The notes under the pieces: model-generated
Database searches by the model: none
Told to the model about the DNA's origin: nothing
What the model saw: only the letters and a program-made list of their open reading frames with translations
Translations under genes and position numbers: made by a program
Shown: positions 1-9,003 of the stretch, piece after piece
Layout of the letters: every line of letters starts with the position of its first letter
How positions within the stretch are numbered: the stretch's first letter is position 1
Assembly: GCA_963769935.1 (NCBI GenBank)
Contig: CAVYNY010000020.1
Span: forward strand, 256,001 to 320,000
DNA: 64,000 nt
Reading direction: 5' to 3'
From: an uncultured delta proteobacterium
GTDB lineage: Bacteria > Desulfobacterota > Desulfobacteria > Desulfobacterales > JAFDCJ01

Positions 1-936
1 CATATTTTCAGCTTTATGAAGCTGGCAATTTTCCCGGCCGCCTTAAACGCTGACTATGTGTTTGCATATCCGTCCGGCTTTTTCGGCCTATCGAATCTCG
101 CCGGTTTTGTCATCGTCCTCGGGCTAGCCGCCGTCAGCTTTTATATCTATAAATATTCCCGGCAAATCTTTTTCTGCATCTGGTGGTTTCTGATCACCCT
201 GTTTCCCGTTTACAATATCATCCCGATCTTCAACCCCCTGGCCGAACGATATCTGTATGTCCCGCTGATTGGATTTTGCCTGCTGGTGTCAATCATTTTC
301 AGCAACCTGTATTTAAACCGCTTTGCGAAAACGGCACCGCTCAAAATTTTAACACTGGCAGTACTCATAGCCATGGTCGGATCGTATGCGGCGGCTGCCG
401 CCTTCCGCAATCCGGATTGGAAAGACAATTTTACCCTGTGGTCGAAAACGGTGAAGCAATCGCCCAACAGCAGCGTTGCCCACGGGAGTCTCGGCCGGGC
501 TTACCAGGAGAAGGGGCGGCTGGATAAAGCCGTGACTGAATATGAAAAAGCCCTGCGGATATTTCCCGCCGACTACAAGGCCCACTACAACCTCGGCGTT
601 ATCTATGATCGGGAGAATCTTTCAGCCAAGGCCGTGCACCATTACCAAAGAGCAATAGAGATAAATCCCCGATATATCGATGCGCGTTTCAACCTTGCCA
701 TTATCTATCAAAAGCAGGGTCTTCTGGACAAAGCCATTCAGCAATTCCGGAAGGTGATCGAGCTGGACCCGGAAGATTTTGAAGCCCGCAACAACCTGGG
801 GGTTGCCTACGCCATGCAGGGTAATCTGGACCGCGCGATTGTCGAGTGGCAAAAAGTCCTGGATATTGATCCGACCAATCAAGGTGCTCAGGACAATGTC
901 GCAAAGGCCAGGGCGATATTGGAGAAATCGAACTAA
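1..936 (+). CDS. TMTC-like membrane protein with C-terminal TPR repeats (5'-truncated by window edge)
   Basis: Frame open from base 1; hydrophobic N-part with AERYLYVP and RNPDWKDNFTLW motifs followed by several TPRs (AHYNLGVIY, ARFNLAIIY, ARNNLGVAY). Confidence 0.8.
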   Translation, partial: HIFSFMKLAIFPAALNADYVFAYPSGFFGLSNLAGFVIVLGLAAVSFYIYKYSRQIFFCIWWFLITLFPVYNIIPIFNPLAERYLYVPLIGFCLLVSIIFSNLYLNRFAKTAPLKILTLAVLIAMVGSYAAAAAFRNPDWKDNFTLWSKTVKQSPNSSVAHGSLGRAYQEKGRLDKAVTEYEKALRIFPADYKAHYNLGVIYDRENLSAKAVHHYQRAIEINPRYIDARFNLAIIYQKQGLLDKAIQQFRKVIELDPEDFEARNNLGVAYAMQGNLDRAIVEWQKVLDIDPTNQGAQDNVAKARAILEKSN

Positions 937-1016
937 TCCGTCCTGAAAAATGACCCATGCAGTGAAAGCAGAGGGGTCGACGCTTGCTACAGGAGAGCCC
1001 GCAGCTATTTTTGAGC

Positions 1017-1045
1017 TTGCTTTTCGCTGAAGGTGGTGGTAGTTT
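1017..1045 (+). promoter_or_regulatory. sigma70-type promoter for riboswitch 1
   Basis: TTGCTT (1017-1022), 17-nt spacer with TG extension, TAGTTT (1040-1045), ending 13 nt before the aptamer. Confidence 0.55.
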
Positions 1046-1058
1046 AAATCTAAATTTC

Positions 1059-1108
1059 GGGGATGGAGTCCCCCTGTAACCGCCCGGCCCGGGCTGATGA
1101 CTCCTGCC
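1059..1108 (+). ncRNA. Fluoride riboswitch (crcB motif) 1
   Basis: GGGGATGGAGTCCCCC-TG-TAACCGCCCGG-CCCGGGC-TGATGACTCCTGC matches the GGCGATGGNGTTCGCC...AACCGC...GCTGATGACTCCTAC consensus; GGAGTC/GACTCC pseudoknot pairing intact. Confidence 0.93.
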
Positions 1109-1242
1109 GACAGCCATGTTCGGCGGGTTTTGATTAGTGGGAGGCCTGAAGGCGGTTTTTTTATTGCCACAGCGCGCCGACGGCCTCTCTGGGTGTGAGC
1201 ATTCCGGAAATGGATGCTCAGAATTCAACCGGGGAGACGGAA

Positions 1243-3048
1243 ATGACGCAGGCAGCACCCGCATCACTATATTGCAACGATCGCCCGCCTCTTGCGGCCT
1301 TGCTGGAAAAAGCGGCCGTCACGGTCGCGGAGATCGGACCGCAATTCATTCATTATGGCCGCAAGTTGACCGATTTGAACAGTCGCTTTTCCGAGGGCCG
1401 GTTTCACCTGGCGGTTCTCGGCCAGTTCAAGCGCGGCAAGAGCACTTTGCTGAACGCTCTGACGGGCCAGCCGATTCTGCCCGTGGGAGTCGTCCCCTTG
1501 ACCGCTGCACCGACCTTCCTTCAGTTCGGAGAGGCACCAAAAATCAGGGTAAGCTACCAGGATAACCGCCCCGCAGATGTATTCATCGGCGCCTCCACCG
1601 GCGAAAGATGCGCTTATTTGGCCGGCTTTGTCACTGAAAAGGGCAATCCCCAAAACAGGCGCGGCATTGCCGAGGTGCAAGTCGACCTGCCGGCGCCCCT
1701 TCTTTCCGGTGGCGTCGTATTGATCGACACGCCCGGCATCGGCTCCACCTACCGGCACAACACCACGGCTACCCTCGATTTCCTGCGGCAATGCGATGCG
1801 GCCCTTTTTCTGGTTTCGGCCGACCCGCCCATCACAGAAGTGGAGCTTGAGTTTTTACGGCAGGTGAGGGAAAAAGTGCCGCGGTTGTTCTTCGTATTGA
1901 ATAAAATCGATTACCTGGATAACGGCGAACTCGAAGAAGCGCTTTCCTTTTGCAAGAGCGTCCTGGCCCAGGAGGTTGGTTGGACCGGCGAATCTCCCGT
2001 TTTTTGCGTTTCGGCCCGCAAAGGCCTGGAAGCAAGAGCGGCCCAAGATCCCGGCGGATGGACCGCCAGCGGCATGGCGCAGTTGGAATCCTTCCTGGTG
2101 GATTTTCTTGCCAGAGAAAAGTTCAATGCCTTGATGGATGCCGTCTCCCGCCGGTCGCTGGATTTTATTGAGGCCATCCTGATGGAGGCCGGCATCGCTT
2201 TGCAGGCCCTGCAGCTGCCCCAACAAAAACTCGAAGAGAAAATCTCCATTTTTGAGGAAAGCCTGAAGCGGGCCGCGAGCGAGCGCGGGCTGATCCAGGA
2301 TGTTCTGGCAGGCGATAAAAAGCGGGTCGTGGCCTTTGTGGAGGAACAGGCCTGCGATTTGCGCGGGGAAGCCGAACAATTTTTGAAGAATACCATGCAT
2401 GGCGGCGCCGATTCAGGCAGCTGCGGCAAATCCACCAAAGCCGGTATCCAGCAGGCCTGGGCCGAAGCAATCCCCGACTTTTTCGAGCAGCAGCGGGCGG
2501 CGCTCAATGAACGCGTTCAGGCACGCCTATTGGAGTGCCTGGCACCGCATGAACAGCGCCTGACCCATCTCCTGGAAACACTGCGTCAGACTGCCGCCGA
2601 ACTGTTCCGGATACCTTACAGGCCCCTGACGCAGGAAGCGGCCCTGGAAATCAAAAAAAGGCCGTATTGGGTATTGAACACCTGGAACACCGATCCGCTG
2701 CCCATGCTTCAATCCATGGATCAACGTCTGGACGGACTGGTCCGGCGCAATGTCGAAAACATCCGCTGGTCCATGCTTCAGAACCTGAACATCTCCTTTG
2801 CCGGTTTTGCCCGCCGGACCCGGGAACGCCTGGATGAAACCGTTGCCGCCACCAAGGGGGCCATGGAGGCAGCCCATGCACGGCGACAGGCCCACGGCGG
2901 AAGCATTGAATCGGAAGCGGCTCGCATGGGCGACCGCATCGCGGTTTTGGAAGGGTTGAAAACCCAATTTGCCGTCTTGCGATCCGGCTTGCTTCAGGCT
3001 GCCGAGCCTAAATCGCAGGATGGTTTACCATCGGAGACCGGCGCATGA
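1243..3048 (+). CDS. Bacterial dynamin-like GTPase (Dynamin_N family)
   Basis: G1 GQFKRGKST, G2 region ILPVGVVPLT, G3 DTPG, G4 NKID, long helical C-terminus; ATG 1243 follows GGGGAG RBS (ORF track starts 1195). Confidence 0.88.
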   Translation: MTQAAPASLYCNDRPPLAALLEKAAVTVAEIGPQFIHYGRKLTDLNSRFSEGRFHLAVLGQFKRGKSTLLNALTGQPILPVGVVPLTAAPTFLQFGEAPKIRVSYQDNRPADVFIGASTGERCAYLAGFVTEKGNPQNRRGIAEVQVDLPAPLLSGGVVLIDTPGIGSTYRHNTTATLDFLRQCDAALFLVSADPPITEVELEFLRQVREKVPRLFFVLNKIDYLDNGELEEALSFCKSVLAQEVGWTGESPVFCVSARKGLEARAAQDPGGWTASGMAQLESFLVDFLAREKFNALMDAVSRRSLDFIEAILMEAGIALQALQLPQQKLEEKISIFEESLKRAASERGLIQDVLAGDKKRVVAFVEEQACDLRGEAEQFLKNTMHGGADSGSCGKSTKAGIQQAWAEAIPDFFEQQRAALNERVQARLLECLAPHEQRLTHLLETLRQTAAELFRIPYRPLTQEAALEIKKRPYWVLNTWNTDPLPMLQSMDQRLDGLVRRNVENIRWSMLQNLNISFAGFARRTRERLDETVAATKGAMEAAHARRQAHGGSIESEAARMGDRIAVLEGLKTQFAVLRSGLLQAAEPKSQDGLPSETGA

Positions 3049-3145
3049 GCTGTGGTTGCTGAAAATAGTTCTATTGCGATCTGGAAAATGAAATCCGAAG
3101 CAAAAATAGAACGAATGCAATTGAGCCGACTGCGAAAATTTTGTC

Positions 3146-3175
3146 TTGACTTAATTTTGAAAAGACTATAGTCAA
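3146..3175 (+). promoter_or_regulatory. Putative promoter/operator upstream of riboswitch 2
   Basis: TTGACT...TATAGT (15-nt spacer, suboptimal) with TTGACT/AGTCAA inverted repeat; same arrangement at 14803-14833. Confidence 0.45.
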
Positions 3176-3207
3176 AAAAACACTAGATAAGCAAAAACTG
3201 CCGAGAA

Positions 3208-3257
3208 GGGGGATGGAGTCCCCCTGATAACCGCCTTGATGGCTGATGACTCCTACC
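3208..3257 (+). ncRNA. Fluoride riboswitch (crcB motif) 2
   Basis: GGGGGATGGAGTCCCCCTGATAACCGCCTTGATGGCTGATGACTCCTACC. Confidence 0.95.
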
Positions 3258-3295
3258 ATGGCCGAGAATTCCTGGTGGGAGTTTATATATGAAAA

Positions 3296-3331
3296 GCTCC
3301 TGCCGGGTACGAGACCTGGAGGAGTTTTTTT
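3296..3331 (+). terminator. Intrinsic terminator of riboswitch 2 expression platform
   Basis: GCTCCT(G)CCGGGT-ACGAG-ACCTGGAGGAGT hairpin followed by a T-run. Confidence 0.75.
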
Positions 3332-3545
3332 GTGTGCCGCAACTTCTGTTTGTGGAAACCGCAGCAGGTTCCGAATCGTCTTAAAAACACGCTCCAGACT
3401 AATTTGTTTCCCGCCTCCAATGGGTCTCTTATCATAAATATAACAAATTTTGCGTCTGATCTTTCATTCTGCCGGACATGGCGTTTTTGGGTGCGCAGAG
3501 GACGCGATGTTGCGCGAGGCGGCGAATTTAAAAGGAGAAGGCTGG

Positions 3546-4496
3546 ATGCTTCAAAAGTTCATTTTCAATATCATTCAGGTTTTGGTCGTGCTGGCCTTTT
3601 CGCCCCTCGTCAAGGGGGTTATGGATCGCCTCAAGGAGCGGGTCCAGTCGAAGAGAGGTCCGAGTATCTTTCAGCCCTACCGGGACATCTGGAAACTCTT
3701 CCACAAAGATGAAGTGGTGTCGGAGCACAGCTCCTGGATTTTCCGGTTGACGCCCTATGTGTGCTTCACAACACCCATGTTTGTCGCCCTTCTTATCCCC
3801 GTACTGACGGATTATCCGCTCTTTTTTGCTTTTATGGCGGATATGTTGGGCGGCGGCTTCGTGCTGGCACTGGGCGGGTTTTTTGCAACTCTGGCCGCCG
3901 TGGATACCGGAAACCCGTATGGACCGATGGGAGCCAGCCGCACGCGGATGGTCGGTTTTCTGGCCGAACCCGTCTTCATGGTGGTATTCTTCACCCTCTC
4001 CTTTGTAGCCGGTTCCACCATTCCCTATATCGTTCAGAAAGTCTGGGTGACATCGATTGCGAATTTCTTCGATCCATCACATGTCCTCGTGATGCTCGCC
4101 TTCCTGATGCTCATTATCGCTGAAAACGGACGCATTCCGGTGGACAACCCTTCCGGTCATTTTGAGCTGGCCATGATTGATGAATCCAAAGGGCTGGAAT
4201 ATTCGGGCCGCGGCGCGGCGCTTATGAAGTGGGGCGGCGCGATGAAATTCTTCGTACTGCTGTGCATCTTTCTCAATGTGATCGTGACACCGTGGGGCCT
4301 GGCGCGCAGCGATGCCGTCTGGCAGATTTTGATGGCCATTCCGCTCATTTTGCTGAAAATGTTCGCCCTGGTCGTGGTTTTGGTGGTGATCGAGTCATCG
4401 CTTGCCAAGCTGAGGCTGTTTCGCATCACGGAGTTTCTGGGTGCGGCCTTCGTCACTTCGGTGGCGGCAGTGATTATCCAACTTCTGGAGATATAG
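3546..4496 (+). CDS. hyfC: HyfC/HycD (NuoH-like) membrane subunit of Ehr-type complex
   Basis: RGPSIFQPYRDIWKLFHK, ENGRIPVD, ELAMI, EYSG motifs; AAAGGAGA RBS before ATG 3546. Confidence 0.88.
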   Translation: MLQKFIFNIIQVLVVLAFSPLVKGVMDRLKERVQSKRGPSIFQPYRDIWKLFHKDEVVSEHSSWIFRLTPYVCFTTPMFVALLIPVLTDYPLFFAFMADMLGGGFVLALGGFFATLAAVDTGNPYGPMGASRTRMVGFLAEPVFMVVFFTLSFVAGSTIPYIVQKVWVTSIANFFDPSHVLVMLAFLMLIIAENGRIPVDNPSGHFELAMIDESKGLEYSGRGAALMKWGGAMKFFVLLCIFLNVIVTPWGLARSDAVWQILMAIPLILLKMFALVVVLVVIESSLAKLRLFRITEFLGAAFVTSVAAVIIQLLEI

Positions 4497-4505
4497 AGGT
4501 AAGAC

Positions 4506-5159
4506 ATGATTCAATTGAACGCTCTCGCGGGGGGACTCTTTCTGCTCACCATATTCGGGGTCATCGCCGTACGTCAAATCATCGGCGGTCTGAGGCTGTT
4601 TTTCATCCAGTCGATCCTGCTGGCCGGTTCGGCCTGTATCCTGGGCTATGAATTCGCCTCGATCCATTTGCTGGCGGTTGCCGGCATCACCCTGGCAGTC
4701 AAGTCCATCCTGATTCCCTGGCTCCTGCTGCGCACCCTCAGCCATGAGGTCCATGCCCGCCGGGAGATCACACAGGTCTTGAACATCCCCACCTCGCTGC
4801 TGGTTGCGGCGGCGATCACCATTTTGGCCTATTTTATTGTCCAGCCCCTGCTGGCCGTATCGTCTACGGCCTTTACCCGGATCAACCTGCCCATCGGTAC
4901 GGCCGGCCTTCTGCTGGGAGCCTACGCTGTGACAGTCAGGCGCGAGGCCTTGCCGCAGGTTCTGGGGATTCTGACCATGGAAAACGGGGCGTTTCTGGCA
5001 GGCGTTTCAATTGCCCCGAACTTGCCTTTCATCGCCGAACTGGCGGCTGCCTTTGACGTGCTGATCATCGCGATGGTGATGGGGCTTCTCGCCAGGCGGA
5101 TCCACAAACAGGTGGGTACCACGCTGGTGGGGGAAATGGCGACATTGAAGGAGGAATAA
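4506..5159 (+). CDS. hyfE: HyfE-like membrane subunit (NuoK-like C-terminus)
   Basis: 217 aa, very hydrophobic, QVLGILTMENG and ELAAAFDV motifs, position in operon. Confidence 0.85.
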   Translation: MIQLNALAGGLFLLTIFGVIAVRQIIGGLRLFFIQSILLAGSACILGYEFASIHLLAVAGITLAVKSILIPWLLLRTLSHEVHARREITQVLNIPTSLLVAAAITILAYFIVQPLLAVSSTAFTRINLPIGTAGLLLGAYAVTVRREALPQVLGILTMENGAFLAGVSIAPNLPFIAELAAAFDVLIIAMVMGLLARRIHKQVGTTLVGEMATLKEE

Positions 5160-5165
5160 AGTCTC

Positions 5166-6614
5166 ATGGAGCTTTGGTACATCCTGGCGATTCCCATGCT
5201 TGGCGCTGGCCTGGCGATGGTCCCGACGAGTAAACCCGGACTTGCGGCCGGGGCTACCGTGCTGGGGACCCTGGCAGTCTTTATTTTGTCCTGGCAAGCG
5301 GCCTGGGGCCTGGGGCACGGCATACCGGTGCCGGGCCCGGCAGAGTGGCTTGCCTGTGATGGGTTGAGCGCTCTTATTCTGATGCTGGTCTCCTTCGTGG
5401 GATGTGCGGCCGCCATATTCTCCTGGGGATATATCGGCCTGCCTGCTGATGACAAAGACCGGCAGCGCGCCCGGCGGTACTATAGGCGCTTTAACCTCTT
5501 CCTGCTTTCCATGCTGGCCGTCCCGCTGCTGTCTCAGATTGCGATGGTGTGGATCGCCGTGGAACTGACGACACTGCTTTCCGTATTCCTGGTGAGTTTT
5601 GAAAATACCGCTCAGGCCATGGAGGCCGCCTGGAAGTATGTGATTCTGACCTGCATGGGAGCGGCCCTGGCACTGATCGGGGTTTTGATTCTTTACTGGG
5701 GCCAGAGTCTTGCAGGCGGGGGGACGTTCACCTGGACGGGGTTGGCTGCCGCCTCACCCGGGATTCCGCCGATATTTCTCAAGACCGCCTTCCTCTTTAT
5801 CCTGGTAGGATTCGGGACCAAGGCGGGGCTGGTGCCTCTGCATACCTGGCTGCCCGATGCGCACAGCCAGGCCCCTTCACCGGTCTGCGCGCTGCTTTCG
5901 GGTGTCGAAACCACGACGGCCCTGTACGTCATCCTCAGACTTTTACCGGTCTTAAGCAATGTCTCCGGCAGCATCGGTTCGACCTGGTTGACGGTTTTCG
6001 GTTTGCTGTCCATGGGTGCAGCGGCCTTCCTGCTGATTCAGGTCCGGGATTACAAGCGGCTTTTTGCCTTTTCCACCATCGAGCATATGGGCATCATCCT
6101 GGTCGCGGCCGGAATCGGAGGAGAGGCCGCCCACCTGGCTGCCGCCGCCCAGATCATGACCCACGCCGTTACGAAGTCTTTCTGCTTTTATGCGGCCGGC
6201 GCCGTGCTGATGATGACCGGCACGCGCGAGATCGCTTCCGTGCGCGGACTGGTGCGGACTTCCCCGATTGTGGCGATTTGCCTGATGATCGGGGCCTTGG
6301 CCATCGCGGGCGCCCCGCCGTTCGCCGTGTTTTTGAGCGAGTTCGGCATATTCAGCGCCGGGCTTGCCGGAGGCCGTTATATCGTGACGGGTTTGTTCAC
6401 GCTCTTCATCACAGTAGCCTTCGGCGGCATCATGTACCAGGTCAACGCCATGGTGTTCGGCCGGGGTCCGGCCGGCGCCGCCCGAACCCGCCTGCCGCTG
6501 AGCTGCGGGGTTACCCTGGCACTGACCGTGCTGCCGGTGATTCTGCTCGGTTTGCATATTCCCGAACCGCTGCAAAACCTTTTGCGGTCTGCAGCGGCCG
6601 GCTTTGGGAGGTAA
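5166..6614 (+). CDS. hyfF: HyfF-like antiporter-type membrane subunit (NuoL/M/N family)
   Basis: WIAVELTT, EAAWKY, GFGTKAGLVPLHTWLPDAHSQAPSPV, KRLFAFSTIEHMG. Confidence 0.88.
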   Translation: MELWYILAIPMLGAGLAMVPTSKPGLAAGATVLGTLAVFILSWQAAWGLGHGIPVPGPAEWLACDGLSALILMLVSFVGCAAAIFSWGYIGLPADDKDRQRARRYYRRFNLFLLSMLAVPLLSQIAMVWIAVELTTLLSVFLVSFENTAQAMEAAWKYVILTCMGAALALIGVLILYWGQSLAGGGTFTWTGLAAASPGIPPIFLKTAFLFILVGFGTKAGLVPLHTWLPDAHSQAPSPVCALLSGVETTTALYVILRLLPVLSNVSGSIGSTWLTVFGLLSMGAAAFLLIQVRDYKRLFAFSTIEHMGIILVAAGIGGEAAHLAAAAQIMTHAVTKSFCFYAAGAVLMMTGTREIASVRGLVRTSPIVAICLMIGALAIAGAPPFAVFLSEFGIFSAGLAGGRYIVTGLFTLFITVAFGGIMYQVNAMVFGRGPAGAARTRLPLSCGVTLALTVLPVILLGLHIPEPLQNLLRSAAAGFGR

Positions 6615-6621
6615 GACGAAA

Positions 6622-8229
6622 ATGGCCCTTCCCCTGGACAACATCGTGCAATGGACGAATCTGGCTGAAGCGCAACATCTCACGCTGGCCGGGCCGGGTC
6701 GAAGCGAGTCTTGATGAAGACAGGCTTATCGCTCATATCAAATGCGATCCCGGCGACCTGCAGGCGCTCTGCGGCTGGCTTGTTTCCGAATTGGGTTACA
6801 GCTTGGCCGCGCTGGTCGTCGAGGAAGAAGCGTCCGCATGGATGCTGCGCTACTTCTTTTACGGAGATCTGGGAAGCGGGCAGGTGCATGTTGTCGTCTG
6901 CTACCCCCTGTCCCAGACCACGATTCCCAGTATCAGCCGGCCGGTCCACGCCGCCGACTGGCAGGAGCGGGAGATTGAAGATCTCTTCGGGCTTCGGTTC
7001 GAAGGCCATCCCCGGCTGGGAGACTTTGTCCTGCACGAGGAATGGCCCGAGGGCGTCAACCCCATGCGGACATCTTTTGATGCCGCCGGAGCCTATCCTC
7101 ACAGGCAGCCGGATCCTGAATGGAGCCCGCTTGCCATCGTGGAAGCCCCCGGGGCCTTCATGATGCCGGTGGGGCCGGTCTATTCCGACCATGCCGAATC
7201 CGCCCTTTTTCTGCTCGAAACGGTCGGAGAGGATGTCCTGCGAACCATTCCGCGTTTTTTTTACAAGTATCGTGGGTTGGAAAAAATCGCGGAGGGAAAA
7301 TCCGTCGATCAGGTCCTTTTGCCGGTCGAAAGATTTTCAGGAACCTCCGCATTCGCGCACTCACTGGCCTTTTGCCGGGCCGTGGAAGAAATTTGCGGGG
7401 TGCGGGTTCCGGACAGAGCCCAGGCCCTGCGGGTGCTTCTGGCAGAGCTGGAGCGGCTGCGTCATCATGTGGCCGTGATTGCCGGTATCTGCCAGTCGAC
7501 GGCCCTTGCCGTGGCGACGAGCCAGGCAAGCATCCTGGAAGAAGAGATTCTGCGGCTTTGCTGTACCCTGGCGGGGCACCGCTATCTTTTCGGAATCAAC
7601 GTGCCGGGAGGCCTTGTCCTGGATCTGAGCAATGCTGAGTGCGACAAACTCGCTCAAGCAGCCTGGGGTGTTCTGGAACGACTGAAAAATCTGCAGGACA
7701 TGCTGCGCTTTTCAAGCTCCTTCCTGGATCGTCTGGAGGAAGTAGGGATCGTCTCCAGGGAAAAGTCCGTCTCTTACGGATTGGTGGGTCCTGTGGCCAG
7801 GGCGTCGGGCGTCTCCCGCGATCTGCGGGCGGCGCTGCCCTACGGCTATTACGACAGCGCCCTTAAGTTCCGGATCCCGCGCGAACAGGAAGGCGACGGT
7901 TATGCCCGCCTGCGGATTTTTTTCGGCGAAGCGGAACAATCGGTGAACATCATCAGCCAGGTGGCCGCTGCCCTTCCGCAAGGCCGGTCCGGTGTGAGCC
8001 GTTTGATCCGGCTCCGGGGGCCGCCCTCGGCTGGGTCGAAGCGCCTGCCGGCGCGGCATTTCACTGGGTGCGCATCGGGGTCAACGGCAAGCTTGCCCGC
8101 TGCCGCGTCATGACGCCGTCCTTCGTCAACTGGCATGGATTTCATCTTGCCGCAGAGGACTTCGCCTTCCAGGATTTTCCGATCATCATGGCGACCTTCG
8201 GGCTCTCCAATGCAGAATGCGACCGTTAG
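6622..8229 (+). CDS. HyfG/HycE-like (NuoC+NuoD fused) large subunit lacking Ni-binding motifs; frameshifted near ~6650 and ~7983
   Basis: WQEREIEDLFGLRFEGHP, YKYRGLEK, ELERLRHH, GLVGPVARASG, GDGYAR; C-terminus continues in another frame WVEAPAG...PSFVNW...DFPIIMATFGLSNAECDR-stop 8229. Confidence 0.82.
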
Positions 8230-8241
8230 GAGGAAAAAATT

Positions 8242-9003
8242 ATGACAAAATGGGTATGGCAAGGGCTTCGGACAGGCATCAAGACCACCGAATACCCTCA
8301 TTCTCCGGAAACCGCAGCGGGGGTTTCTCCGGGAAGGCCTGTTGATCAAGAGCCTGTCCTGCAGAAGGAAATCCGGCCTGTGATGGATTTATGTCCCACC
8401 AACGCCCTGCTCCGATCGGCGGACAGGATCAGCGTGGACTACCGGCGCTGTATTCACTGCTTCCGGTGCAAACGCTTGCCCGCTGAACCTTTGAGCTGGG
8501 AACCCGGCTATGAGTGGGGGGAGTTTGTGTCCGATCAGGGGCCACTTGACCAGACCTTTGCGGCTTCCCTTCACATCCGCATCGTAGATGCGGGCGCCTG
8601 CGGGGCTTGTTTGAGCGAGATCAGGCAGATCACCAGCCCCTACTACAATATCCACCGCCTCGGTTTCTTTATCACACCTACTCCCAGAGCCGCGGATGTT
8701 TTGCTGGTGGCAGGGCCGGGAACCGACCACATGCGGGTATCGCTGCAAAAAGTCTTTGAGGCCATGCCCGCCCCAAAGCGGGTGATTGCCGTGGGGACCT
8801 GTGCGCTGACCGGCGGCGTTTTCGGGCCGAGCTTCGCCACGCAGGCCGGGGTGGGCGAAATGATTCCGGTGGATGTGGAGGTGCCGGGCTGTCCGCCGCC
8901 GCCCCTGGCAATCATCCACGCGGCGCTGGTTGCAGTCGGCCGAAAAAAAACGTCGAACGTGCCATCGCCTCCGGAAGCAGAGAAAAACAAGGAGCGGCTA
9001 TAA
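8242..9003 (+). CDS. Fused ferredoxin (HyfH/NuoI-like) + HyfI/NuoB-like Fe-S subunit
   Basis: CPTNA and CIHCFRC, then DAGACGAC, TPRAADVLLVAGP, GTCA, VPGCPPPP. Confidence 0.85.
   Translation: MTKWVWQGLRTGIKTTEYPHSPETAAGVSPGRPVDQEPVLQKEIRPVMDLCPTNALLRSADRISVDYRRCIHCFRCKRLPAEPLSWEPGYEWGEFVSDQGPLDQTFAASLHIRIVDAGACGACLSEIRQITSPYYNIHRLGFFITPTPRAADVLLVAGPGTDHMRVSLQKVFEAMPAPKRVIAVGTCALTGGVFGPSFATQAGVGEMIPVDVEVPGCPPPPLAIIHAALVAVGRKKTSNVPSPPEAEKNKERL

Noticed and set aside
3071..3437. ORFs 3071-3259, 3246-3437 and 14717-15022 as proteins
   Set aside because: They overlap the riboswitches; their similarity reflects the duplicated RNA element
6278..6621. N-terminal extension of the large subunit as given in the ORF track
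   Set aside because: Overlaps hyfF out of frame; artefact of a frameshift near the true start
6651..6668. Selenocysteine read-through at TGA near the large-subunit start
   Set aside because: TGA is not in the conserved frame and not at a catalytic Cys position
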